From positions 1 to 62,695 of the forward strand of contig NW_014569522.1 in assembly GCF_000743755.1 (NCBI RefSeq): a stretch of 62,695 nucleotides of DNA, in the 5' to 3' direction. This document shows, in pieces, positions 41,376 through 54,700 of this stretch. A program made the translations under genes and the position numbers. Source of the stretch: Blastocystis sp. subtype 4 (Eukaryota). How positions within the stretch are numbered: position 1 is the stretch's first letter; every line of letters starts with the position of its first letter. The notes below the pieces were generated by a model, which was given only the letters and a program-made list of their open reading frames with translations, had not been told where the DNA came from and ran no database searches.

Positions 41376-42530
41376 ATGTCTGGAAAGCTGAAAACAATCA
41401 CGAGTAGTCAGATTTATGACCTTGGTAGTGATTCTGATGAAATTGATTTCGGTATGTGTTTTTGTGATGCTTTATTGACATTTCAGATATAATAGTGCCA
41501 AAGAAGAGTCCCATTCCGATGTACCTCTTGGATTGTGGATTTTGAATGTAGAACATTGTCTGATGATGAAGATGATGACTTTTCCTTTAATGTGGACTCC
41601 ATTCAGTCAAAGGATCCTATTCCTGTTTCAAAATCGCAGGCAGAAACACAGTATAATGCAAATGAAGACAGTTGGGATGACTTGAGTGACGATCTGATTC
41701 CCAAGTCTCGGAAACGGAAGGGAGATGAAGCTGTGCAAGAGTCTAAACAGCAGCGTGTCCATCGATTGAGTGAAGTGATGGAGTCGATATTGTCCTCCTC
41801 CTCCTCACCTCTTCAAGTGGGTTCACCTTCTCCCGAACCATTGCCTCCGTCTCCTCAGACGGAATCTCCGTCCCCTCCTCTGGACGCTGTGATGCCAATT
41901 CAATCACCATCACCTCCACAGAGAGAGTCTCCACCTCCTCGGCTGTCTTCTCCACCTCAGCCATCACCCCCTCAATCCCCTTCTCCTCCGATTCACTCGT
42001 CTCCACCGGATGTTCCTCCATCACCTGAGGACTCACTTTTGGTTGAACCAGTGCCAAACACTCATTCCACTGAAGTTACAGAGTTCGGTCAAATTTTGCT
42101 CTTTGATCAAATGCTGGATAGTTCACATATTAGCACGTATCGAAGTGAATGTCAACTGATTGGACACAACCAACGATTATCACTTCAATCTCTCTATGAA
42201 GAGACTCCTGACATTCGTGGAGGGGCATCTTTAGAGGCAGAAAATCTGTTTGTTTCTGGACTGCTTGTCGTACCACGGAAACGAACGAAAACGACAGAGA
42301 ATTGTGGTGATAATTGTCTAATTCTTGTTTGTTTGGAGGGTGAGCCATCACTCCTTCGAGTTACGATCAATGGACATTCACACCAGATCAATCCAAGTGA
42401 TGTTTTGTGGGTACCAAAGGGGAATGAGTAAGGACCGATATAGTGAATGATGAATAGATATGCCATTATGAATGAAAGCGAAGATACAGATGCCAAATTT
42501 GTCTTCATCAATATCCGTAGTGATTACTGA
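41376..42530 (+). CDS. Protein with Mif2/CENP-C-type C-terminal cupin domain
   Basis: Acidic/Pro-Ser-rich region, then GLLVVPRKRTK...LRVTINGHSHQINPSDVLWVPKGNEYAIMNES..AKFVF. Confidence 0.65.
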
Positions 42531-42570
42531 TTGTATCTCTTCTTGTTTGAAAAATATCAACAAACACACA

Positions 42571-45500
42571 ACTCTGGACTATACATCCCTAAACGAATGT
42601 TGAAATTCCATCGATAGATCTGATTCATCTCTGATGTGGTTGTATTCTCTCGTTTCAACAAGTAAGTATCCGTTAGTAACACAATCACTCCAAAAGCAAC
42701 CAACTACTTCATCACACTTCAACCATTCTTACCACAAGCCAGATCCACCCAGAGATTGTGAATAACATCATACGAGAGTACACAACATAACAATAGATAT
42801 CTCCTATGAACCACTAGTCATGATGCAAACTACAAAGACAAACAGTGAAAAGAAGAATTAAAATGAATGAAATGACTAATCCTCGTGAACTAGGTTCTCG
42901 GAAAGACTCGACAACTGTTCGATTTCGATTCATCATCATTCCACACAAGAGGAAACAAAACCATTCAGAACAGATTAAACTAAAGAGATTTGAAATCGAA
43001 ACTAAGCTCTGTGCATTGATATCCTCGGAATACATCCACTTCTTTATCTACCAATCAGATTCCATAGTTTTCCCTCACTTCTGTATGGATCAGAAATGCA
43101 AATAAATGAGAATTTGAGTAAGGAGAATAATTCCAAATCAAAGTAGACCACGCAATAAGTGAAGAGAAGATTAAAAAGAAGGTAATGAGAGCCATACGGA
43201 TCAGGAATCGAATTGTGAAGGATTTGGGTACAGACAGTGTTTCTCCCTACAAATAATGCAAAATAAAAACAATAGAACCTTGTTAATAGGTTTCCAAGGT
43301 AATTGAAGGAATTGCCTGGATTCTGTGAGTTCGGGAGTTGCAGAAAATAGACACAGAGAGAGAAGTGGAATTACGAGGAACAAGAGGACATACAATGCAG
43401 CAACTAAATATGAATCACTTTCAATTCTAATACCATTAAATACTTCAGGAAGATCAATGATCCAATTGAATAGAATCAGACAATTCACAGCATACACCAT
43501 CGTAACTGCAATTATCAATTGATTGTCCATATTGTTCATTAGAACCTTTGCTTCGTTGATTATAACTGGTAAAAATGATAAATCCGTTCGATTGTCAATA
43601 TGGAGAGTAGCTGCGAATTAGATAAGATAATCACGAGTACCGCCACTTGAGTTCAACAATTCATTTATGTGAAAGATTTGTTTATTGAGAGAGTTATTTG
43701 TATAAAAAGAGTAAGTATCTTGTAATGATTTGACTTCGGTAGAAATAGCAACATTTTCTGGAATACCATTCTTTCCTCCTTCTTTGGATAATGCTCTCTA
43801 TCATTTCTTACCTTGTAAATCATCATTCATTAGTTTTAAATCCTTTGAAACTGAGAAATGATCAAACTGATTCATAGAAATTGAAAATCGAGCCTATTTC
43901 AGGAATGCCAATAATAGCCTACTTTTTCAAATAGTTTATAATTAGAAGAATGAGATGAATTGGAAAGAGTCATAACTCCTTCACCCCACTCTGTCATTAC
44001 ATCAAGCATCCCAAGAACAGGAGTATCAGTACTAGAAATGAACGAGAGAATGAATGAATACGAATGAGTGAAGAGATGAACAAGGAGAGGAACATTGTCT
44101 TGAGTCTCGAGACGATCACGAATCTGATTGATTCCATGAGGCAGTTGAGCAAAGTCTTCCCATTCAAGACGTTCATCTGAGGAGGTGAGTATGAGAGTGT
44201 GATGAGAATGAAGTGAAGGAGAATGAATGGAGTGAGTGAGAGTGAGTATGAATGTGAGTGAGAGTATGATAAGAATGAAGTGAGTGTGATGAGAATGAGG
44301 TGAGTGAGAGTGAGTATGAATGAATGAGATACTTGTAAAATACATGACAAATGATGAATCAACTCCACTTACCAACAACTTCCTCAGCTAATGATACAGC
44401 AGTATTCCATCCCGTCTCTAATCCCATTCTAGATGCTAATTTCCTTGAATGTCGATAATTATAAGGAGAATAATAAACAAATCGTACACCTAAATTAGAG
44501 AGTTGTTCTATTGTATTTGGTAAACTATCCTATGTCTGATTCCTTTTCTAATTCACTATTTACTTTAATTACATCATCAACACCTAATAATGATAAATAT
44601 GTTGAATCATTTAGAAGCTTATCAAGCATCTTATCATCATGTGATCATCTTATTACTACTACTGATTGATTTGATTCATTCACACACAAGAATAAGCTTT
44701 CATTCCTCAATTGGGTTAAATCAAGAGATGCAATAGATGGATCTAATAGATTCAAACTATTATGACCAATAAGCAATGTGGGAACAAATTGTTGGGTATT
44801 TTTGGAATCCACACTTTCAATCTTCTGTCGTAATTCTTCACTCATTGGACGTAAATGACGACCTGTCCAGACATGCTGAATGTATGGCAATAAAAACCGC
44901 TATTATTGGAATCAACCAAAATCACTTACCACACTCCCAACAAAGAGAATATCCATTGTAGTGGATGAAGTCGCTAATGTGAACACGAAAACTTCACAAA
45001 ACCTTCTCCCACCCAATTTGTTTTGGAGAGGAACTTGAGTTTCGTCATTCGCCTTCATTTGCTCTCGAAGCAAATTCAATTTCCCATCCAGATTCTGAGC
45101 ATACAAATCCTCTTTCAAAAAGCCAATGGCATCAGCAAATTCGAAAAAAGTCTGAACCTTAATCACGTCAGAATAACCTCACTTCTCGATAATAATTGTT
45201 TGTTAGTGCCATAATATACTGATTCAACGCAATTCGAACATCTTCAGAAAATGCTTTTTGATTGGCTAGAGATCAAACGTGGAAATATAGAAACAACAAT
45301 GAGAGGGAATTCCCATTAGCAAGGTGAGCAATCCAGTGGGCTTCAGAACATTCAATTTCTCTCGCCATGACTTATCATAGAAACACAATCGATCATGACG
45401 ATGATAAAGAGGTAACACATCTAATGTGAGATTGTGTTTCGACTTTTTTGATTCCGAATTGAACTCTGAAAATTGGATATCAGTCTGCTCTATGAATCAA

Positions 45501-47020
45501 TTCCAGTTTCAGAATGTACTGGGTGTATGAACACGACCTACTGTGTAAACAGTGGAAATCTAAGAATGAGTTTCATTTCTGGAATTCCAATACAGAGGGA
45601 TAATCACGACACACCACATTCTTACTGACAATATTCAGATTCGTACAGTAGGGTAAGGATAGTAATGGAGTAACTGGAACACTATTCCTCAATGTGTTCC
45701 TCGATTCTTACTAATCTAATGGATTGCTATAATATTGCCAAAAAGAATGACGTAATTCATGGAATCCAGGAATCGAGTAGTTTTCTGTCATCTAAGACTC
45801 ACATCATGAATTCAACATCACAATAATATGCTTCCAAAATCCAACTACTCGAAAGAAATAGATACTCTGATAGAGAGATTCCAAAATTACGACCGAAAAT
45901 GGACAAACAAAAAAAGTGATCAAAATGTATCGCAAGTCAGCAAACCGAAAAGTAGTTAGGTTCATTACAATGGAAATGATTACTAATATCCATGTACCAC
46001 AAGTGAACCACCGATAACTATTCTGATACATTTGGTGATATGGGCCATAATTCAGAACATGATCAGGAATCTGTGTAAGTGAGGTGTTTTCATGTAGAGC
46101 CAAATCACAGTGAATCCATCGTTTAAGACGTTGCCAAAAATAGGACGAATTATGAGATTTGATAGAGTCCATATCAAAGAAATGACAAATGAAGGATCGA
46201 ATGGGAGTTTCATCAATACGAAATAGACCTGAAATACTATTCCGCTGTAAGAACTCGTTGTTTCCAAAATGTTTGGAATTCTCACTCTCACCAACAGGAG
46301 TCATATGAATGTCATCACTTGGTTTGGAAGGGAAACAGACAAGATCACCAGCTACCAAGAGTAATCTAGTATGAAGGAAGAGGAAGAACACTACGTGGGC
46401 CAACGCTGCCAGGTATGATTCCGATACACAAAGGCATAGGTCACTTCGCCTTCTTCAAACTCGACTGAATAGTCGTTCCATTGCTCGTTTACTCGATCTC
46501 GAATCTGACTAACAGTTAGAGGGAAATGATGATGGCATTACTAAAGTTTCCTCAGAATTGCATCAAACCGAAAGAGATTATGACGTTTATCGTAGAGTTC
46601 CTGGCAGAGCGACCAATCACCATACAACATTAGAGCAGGTACAACAATAAGAGTTTCGATGAGCAATGACTTCCCCATTGACCTAGAAATCAGATATTGT
46701 TTCGTCTCTCACGTTCGTAGAGAATGGAATCCAAACCAGATCAAAAAGATCATGAGCGCGTAAATGACCAACTCAATGGCAATTAATGGAACAAGCAATC
46801 TAGGATATAAAAGGACCTTTATGAACTACTGTCGTAAGCGACTTTTCAATTCTTTACGCACCACAACAAGAGCATCGTCGAACTCCGATATTAACGTGTT
46901 TAAGGCGAATTCCATTGAACATCCTTATTCTCATCTTTCTTTCGAAATTGTACCAGAATCTTCTTTTACTTCATAAGTTGGAGAACTAGGATGATCTAAC
47001 ACTGGAATCTCGATACTCAT
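42571..47020 (-). CDS. TMEM94: TMEM94/KIAA0195-like P-type-ATPase-related membrane protein; stop predicted to be made by polyadenylation
   Basis: LLVAGDLV, AQLPHGINQIRDRLETQDNVPLLVHLFT, VMTEWGEGV, C-terminal FNIRLGMYSPE. Confidence 0.82.
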
Positions 47021-47124
47021 TGCTTGTTCTTATGTTCAAAAACTGGGGGTGAGTGGTCTCGGAATTTGGGATCCCAACAACACAGTCATTAATCGGTGTG
47101 GTCCCACATCCTCTTCAAACCAAA

Positions 47125-48739
47125 ATGGATGATGGCGATAGTGAGAACTATTTGAATGGAAATGTGAATCGACGGTTAATCTTTTCAAGTCAGCTAAGTC
47201 AAGGAATGGAATCTAGTCAACGAGGCAATCCCATCATTTCCGAAAATAGTATTGAAAAATCACTCGATGTACGGTTACTATCCCAAATGGATTTCTATAC
47301 TCCTGCTGTAAGTGTTTAGTCGCAATTAAGAGCTGTAGTTTACAGAAGATGCTTCATCCCAGTTATTTGAGTCTGTTAGAGATTCAAATGAGAATTCGTT
47401 TATTTATGGAGAGACTCCACAGAAGACTCCACGACAAGGAGCTAGATCCTTGTTTAAACGGAAGATTGGAATGGGTAATGGTTGGTATAATGTGTTATAA
47501 TTAGATTTAACACAACCAGAGTCCAAAAAGATGAATATGATTCCATTGGCACAACAAGAAGATGAAAGAATGACAGTAGCAACATTACCAGCGCCAGAAG
47601 AGAATCCGTATCTGTTACTTCCAGACGATCTCAACGCAGCTCTTCAGAAACTGCTTGAGAAACGTGATTTTTCCATTTTAGATGAGAGTCGTATCACTCG
47701 GTATCAGCGCGAATTCAAAGAATTACAGGTTTCGTTCGACCATTGTATTGATCTATAGCGGTTAGGAAAGGGGATTTCATCAACAGTAACATTGTGCAAA
47801 CATCGCTTGGATGGTTGCTACTATGCAATCAAACAGATTGGTCTATCCGAAGGTACAACAAAGAAATCTGTCATTTTGTAGTTTAAACTGTTTTGAATAA
47901 CAATTAGAAAGAAAGCAATGAAAGAAGTTCAACTTTTGAGTGTCATGAGTTGGGATCCAAGTGGATTATAATATGTAGACGAAGCACCTCATGTCATTCG
48001 ATATTTTGGATGTTGGAAAGAAGATGATTACTTTTTCATTCAATTAGAATATGGTTTCTATGGAAGTGTATCAAAATTCGCTGAACGTGTATTTGTCTCC
48101 TTAGTTCCTGATTTTAAGAATCGGTTTACAGAGGAAGATATCGGTGAATTGCTTTGGCAAATTTCAAATGCACTTCTATGGCTTCATTCTCATGGTTATG
48201 CTCATCTTGATGTAAAGCCAGACAATATACTTATTTTACACAAACGAGAAGCAGGTGACAAGAAGAGTGAATGGAATTTTAAATTAACGGATTTTGGGTT
48301 GGTGGGAATTCTTCATTCCGATGATACATAGACATGTAAGGTAGATAACGAGATTCCATCCGAAGGAGATTGCAGATATCTTCCTCCGTAATAGTTTGAA
48401 GGGAATTGTGATTTAGGGAGATTCTAACACGAGACTCTGCATTTAAGGCTGATGTATTTGCTTTGGGAGTTACAGTTATTCATTTGGTGGGAATGATTCA
48501 AAGTGATTATTTCTAGTTGTCTCCAAGGACATGTGTGGAAAAGAAGGAGTTTTTCGCTAATGTGCGTTCAGGACGAATTCCAAACGAATGTAGGGTATCT
48601 CCTCATCTTCGGATGCTTGTTCGAGTACGAATGGAATGAAAAAGGTAATGATTAGGAGATGATAAATGTTTCTGTGGCAGACCGTTTTACAATGGATCAA
48701 GTAGTTCATCATGTCTATTTCGATAGTTATCGGAAATAG
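47125..48739 (+). CDS. WEE1: Wee1-like protein kinase
   Basis: SRITRYQREFKEL, HRLDGCYYAIK, HVIRYFGCW, HLDVKPDNI, DFG, EGDCRYLPPE, KADVFALG. Confidence 0.87.
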
Positions 48740-48814
48740 AATCTGTTTGTTTGAACACTGTTTCTTTCTTTGCCATGGACAAAGATATTGATTCGATAAC
48801 AGAGGATGATTCTG

Positions 48815-50654
48815 ATGAATCCAGAGAAATGGATTCTCAGTATTCCTCTGTATTAGGGTCAATCGATACGGGTGACGTTGAAGCTGTAGAGAATGATACT
48901 CTTGACTGAACAATGTAGGTCAAACGCTGTCTAGGTGGAGATGGCTCACAAGGATCTCAAATTCGTGTTAATGGTGTTCCCCTACTTATTTATGTATGTG
49001 TGTGCATTAATAATTGTAAGAAGTAGGCAATCAACAAAAACAAGTATAATATTGTGAAGTACTTCGTTGAATCGGGATCGACTGTTCGGTGTATGAACAA
49101 TCTGAAACAAACCCCAATTATGATTGCATCCAAAGTGGGAAACATTAATATCGGTAGAAATATGTCTTATGTGTTTATGCCTAGTAAGTATCTGTCTAAA
49201 GTATGGAGCTCGGGTTGATGACCGTGACAGTAAGGGAATGACACCCATTCACTATTCGTGCCTTTCGGGTCAGATTGGAGTTATTTCCTTCCTCAAGCAT
49301 CATGGAGCAAGTTTGGATGTTCGAGACAACAAAGGTCGAACTCCTTTAATGATAGCAGCTCAAGAGAACCAACTCATAGTAATCCTACATTCTTACTCTG
49401 ATCTAGGCATTCAATTGGTTGATAAAGCATGGAGGACGGTTATTAGATCAAGATAGTCGAGGAAGAACAGTACTTCATTGGTCCTGTTTCCAAGGTTCAA
49501 CAGCAATTGCGAAAGTGATTCTGGATAGTAAATATGGACCTCAGTTAGCTCATACTGTGGATTTTGCAATCCAAACACCTTTAGAAGTAACAATTGAAAT
49601 CATGTATGATGATTAGTACTCCAAAGAGTTGCTTGCAATTCCTAATAACCCTCATATTCAATCTATAGAAGCTACATATGCGTTATTGAACAAATTCTCA
49701 CATCACCGAATTCGATATGAGATTGAAGATCTGATTGATCGGTATCTGGCTTTCCTATTTGTTCCACTTTTATCCATTGTTGCATTAATTCTGTTATCAG
49801 AAGTTGGATTGTTTAGTGGAATCGTCTCGGCAAGTGTTCTAGAAACATTTTTCATTCTAGCTGTAATAACACTCTTACTGTGGGTTTATTTGTGTGGAAG
49901 TGATCCAGGGAGTGTATTGGATGGACATCAGAATCTCAAACACTATTGGTTCTTAAATGCAGATTTGAAGCATAGTTACGAAGAGATTATGGACGGAACA
50001 CGTCTTATGACACACACAATATGCCCAACATGTGAGATTGAAAGACCAAATCGATGCAAACACTGTCTGAAATGTGATGATTGTATCTATCGAATGGATC
50101 ATCATTGTGAGTTATAAGAGAGGAAAAACTCATCTGTAGGTCGTTGGATTAACAATTGTATAGGTATTAGCAAGTATTGATTATCAAGGTTTGTGATATT
50201 TAGTCATCGTGTTTTCTATCTCTTCTTAACTTCATGTGTTGTATTATTGTTGTATGGAGTTTATGTGTTATTTTTACTGTACAATAGTAATTCTATTCTT
50301 ATCATGTCAAAAATAGACCAAAGTTTTCGTTGTCCAGATTCCCAAAATAACTGCTATTTTGTAATGACCCTATTTGTTGTGTTCTTTTTGAATCTGAGTT
50401 GGATGGGTGTATATTGTGTATATTTGTGGATTGTTCAAACTCTACAGATCAGTCGGAATATCACAACCAATGAAGCTATAAACTGGAAACATTATGCTTA
50501 TTTGTGTGATGAAGTTGGTATTGGAGGGTATAGTAAGCGATAGAACCATCAATTCCGAAATCCATATGATCGAGGGTTCATCCGGAATTGGCTGGAATTT
50601 TGGGGTATTCTAGGAGACAGTGGATACGGTGTTGTAAACACTCGTGATGTGTGA
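48815..50654 (+). CDS. Ankyrin-repeat DHHC palmitoyltransferase (Akr1/ZDHHC17-like)
   Basis: Ankyrin repeats (GMTPIHYSC, GRTPLMIAA), CPTCEIERPNRCKHC...RMDHHC, NITTNEAIN, NPYDRG. Confidence 0.92.
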
Positions 50655-50832
50655 TATGTTTTGTTTGTTGTGAATCCCATTTTAGAATACATTGTATATG
50701 AATCGATATTCTGCAGAGAATAAGATTTCAAGGAGTGAACCAGTATTTCAAGATTTGTTTTCTTCAATTCATTCCCGCGGGGATTCGACAAATAGTTGTT
50801 ATTTGTTATTGATTCCACATCATTGTTGACAA

Positions 50833-51679
50833 ATGAGGATTAGGCAGTTTATCGTTCTTATAGCTGTTCAAGTCCTATCAGTGTATTGTCTTGACAATGA
50901 CACTTCTACGAACCTGATGTTGAAGAAAGATGAGCATACTACAAAGTCGGACTCCGTTGATCTCCGTGTGTTTTTTAGTACTTATTATTATCGTAGCATG
51001 TGGTGTCTATGAGTCCTCATGTACAAGGATTTTGGATGCTTGTAGTTTGTTTAATTCGTTCTTTACTTAGTTCTCAAATACCAGCTGATTCTATACCAGA
51101 CTTCAAATAACACTGTAGATCATTTCCGATTGCTTGCTTATCAATATCTGGAATCTTCTTGTTCATTTTCTTATGTTTATGCATTTGGATTTCGTGGCGA
51201 AATAATTGAGAAGGTTGCAAGTGATCGTTACAAAGTCAAAACAATCCGGTGTGTGACTGTCTTGTCAACAATTGCACTTCAAGCATTAAAGTGTGACCCA
51301 ACATTGGATCCAGATATGGAGTATCCAGCATCGTGAGGTCCTCTCTGTCTAGTCATGTCTAGATTTGTAAGCTGCGTAAATGAAGATGGTGTCAATATTA
51401 ACGAACGCTGGTTTAACATGGATGGAGTGGAAGGTGAAGCAACATTTATTGTGGCAGATGATACAGTTCACTATAGATACATAGGAGATGATGCACTAAT
51501 GACCAAAATTCGTGATGATGGTTGTATTCCCAGTATTGAAGCTGAAGAAGATCCATTACTCAATCATCTTCTGATTGCTATGTTGTGTGTTGGTGTAGTG
51601 ATTCTGTTGTTAATCATTGTACTCTTATTTGTTCTATTCAAAAAGAAACCAAAACGTGTAACTATACTTCAAGTAAATT
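50833..51679 (+). CDS. Type I membrane protein with Cys-rich ectodomain related to the 35754/37097 family; stop predicted to be made by polyadenylation
   Basis: Signal peptide MRIRQFIVLIAVQVLSVYC; CGVYESSC...KIRDDGC; TM segment plus KKKPKR stop-transfer. Confidence 0.78.
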
Positions 51680-51683
51680 TCTC

Positions 51684-51700
51684 TGTTTGTTCAAGAAACA
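51684..51700. terminator. Back-to-back bidirectional 3'-end motifs TGTTTGTT-C-AAGAAACA
   Basis: Lies between convergent membrane-protein and HDAC genes. Confidence 0.75.
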
Positions 51701-51702
51701 TC

Positions 51703-54700
51703 TTATAATCGAAAATCTTCATCGAGAAGCACATTATCTTGATGTGCACTTCCATAACTTGAATACTTTGCTATTCATAAGTCTTCTTCTATGAAACTCA
51801 CCTCGTCTTCTCGTCTTCCTTGGTGCTTCAGTTTCTTCTACTGGGTCTCTCTTTTCTGGTTTCACTTTTGAACGTAATCGAGACGTAAGTGTATCATCCT
51901 TCTTCTCATCTATCCTTTATATCCCTTTCTCTCTCTTACCCACACTTACACCTGCTGCTCGACACCATTTGCAAATGAATTGATCCTTATCATCCTCATG
52001 GAAATTCTGGAAGTCGATTCCAGCACAGCTGAAGTGAACCCATCCCCCACACACTTTGCCACTCATACATTCAATCATTTCTTCATCACGATGTTCACCA
52101 CAGCCACAGTATCCATCACTTCCTGACGGGCGTTTCGTCGTTGGCTTTTCTGGTTCTTCTTCACATAACAAACCATGCATGTGCCCCATGACGTTATGAG
52201 CAAGAGATGACCTAATTAGATAATAAGGGACCATAAAACACATACCGTCCCAATATGATCTCACCATCTGACTTTCTCTTTTCATATGACCCATACCCTC
52301 CTTCAAGCATACTCACGAGATGGCCATGACAATAATAATCAGCCACTTCTTGAATCTTCTGTAATGCCCATGTGTAATCAGTGACCTTCAAATTCATTCC
52401 AACTTGAACCGTGGGAATGTGACGATAGTTGCCAACATCCCCATGACCACCATCAAACCCTAAAATGAAGAGAGAAAGCAATGTGTACCACTGCTGACAA
52501 TGATCAGATCTGGTTTGAATGCTGTTAGCAGAGGGATCAGTCGTTCTACGACTGCCTTCCTGAAGAGTACACGGCCTCCTTCACCATCTCTCCTACGGCT
52601 GCTAGAAATGAGAAGATGATAGAATGACAAACTGTTCTGTCTCCCAGAGTGGTTGCATGGGTTGATTGTATATATTGTCAAAGACGAAATCAGACTTCCC
52701 TGTTCCTGGATAGAACTCATAGTCGTGATGAGTATCCTGAAGGTGAGTAAGTGCTGAGTGGGTGAAATATGAGTGAGTGTGACAGTGTGAGTGATGATGA
52801 GATACAGAAGTGATCAAAAGTTTGCATGATAATCAATCACTCCAATACTTACACTAAAGAAGATATGTGAAGACCAAAAGAGAATCTTCTCAGGATGAGC
52901 AAATCGCTTCAGAATCTGTTCTGTTCCATTTCCATGATGAACATCTATTTCTCAACACTTCTCTCCTCACTAGATACCAATGTCAACAATTGCTATTCGT
53001 TTCACTAAATCTGGATACTTCTCTAGAGCATGCAAAGCAGCAATCATCACATTATTGAACACACAGAAGCCACAACTGCTTGCTGTTGTTAACAGTCCAT
53101 CTGTTCCTGCATGATGACCAGGAGGACGGATACAAGCAAAAGCATTTCGGAATTCCCCCGTGATTACTATAAATGAAACTTCTTCACTCATTATCACCCT
53201 TATCAACAGCATGAATAGCTCCTCCAGCAGCTCTTAACGCAGCTTGTAATGATCCCTAGTCATCATAACTGAATCATTCAGTTACCTTACTAAAGGATGT
53301 ATCACATATTGCTTCATCCTTAATCTTATCTGAAGGAACTCCAAATCCATTCTGAACATGAGGTGTAAATGCCACACTCTGATCCTTCTCCAACTACCAT
53401 GATCATGATCTCCATCCAACTTACAGAACTATTCAAATCGTACAGCAATCGCATGTATCGTTTAGAATGAGCTCGAAGGATATCATCACTTGAAGCAGGT
53501 TCAAATGATGAATCAAACTCTACTTCCCAATCCTTCAGTGCCTCCTTCAATTCGCTCATGATTGCATCAATTCGAGCAGGAGCTTCCCATGGATTTGAAC
53601 CCTGACTACCATTTTCACGGGGAACATGAAGAAGGCAATCAGGATGACTCACAATCAAAGTACGAAGGCTTGGAATTGAACGATAAAAAACTTCCCGAAT
53701 TCTGGATTTCTCATCCATGGACAATTCTGGTAATGACAGAAATAGAGAAGAATTACCACACTCACTGGAATTCAAAATATTCAAGGGAGTCTGATGGCGT
53801 TTGTTTTGAATAAGAAGAAGATTCTTCTGCTCACGAGCAAGTGATTCGATACAATTGACATGAGAATGAATCACAGCAAGATGAAGAGGAGAGTTCCCAT
53901 CATGATTCTGTGTTGTGATTGATGCATGTTGGGTCAAGAGATACTGAGTGATGGCTGATGATTAGAAATGAATGAAAGAATCACGGTTATTTCCAACTAT
54001 GACAGCCCACATGAGAGCAGTGTTACCATCACGATCCACTGTTTCTAATTCGGCTCCCTACAGGAGTTAGTGAAGAGTTCATATCAAGTCAATCTGTCAC
54101 TCACTCATCAGAATCAGTCCAGTCAATCACTCACTTCATCAGAATCAGTCCAGTCAATCACTCACTTCATCAGAATCAGTCCAGTCAATCACTCCCTCAA
54201 GCATACTCAACCACTATCACTCACTCACCTTCTCTACTAACATCACCGTCACATTCATGGCTGTGACCATATCACTCAAACACACTGCTGTCATTAGAGG
54301 TGTGAATCCATGTGGATCTGCTTGATTCACATAGTATTGAATTGCATTTCCATTATTACTGTGTTCTGCAAAGAAATCTCGAGTTGCTTTCTCTGATGTT
54401 AATATTGCCTATTTCTGGAATGACAAAAATAGTCATTACTTTATGCAATAAGGATCGATTACCACGTACATTAGCAGGAGTTCGTGGAGCATTTCGATTC
54501 TCTCGATCATCTTCCAAGGACTCAGTAAATGACATCAAACGATCAGGGTTTGTTAATCGCAGAGTTGGTCTCACATGAGCTGGAGGTGGTTTGATTTGAT
54601 CAGCCACACTTGCCTTATGTTCTGGCTGTTGAGCTGGTTGTTTGATCTGATCAGTAATACTTGCTTTACGCTCTGGTTGAGCTGGAGGTTTGATTTGATC

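Noticed and set aside
54105..54194. 31-bp direct repeats as a possible CRISPR array
   Set aside because: Head-to-tail with no spacers, inside a eukaryotic intron, and no cas genes.
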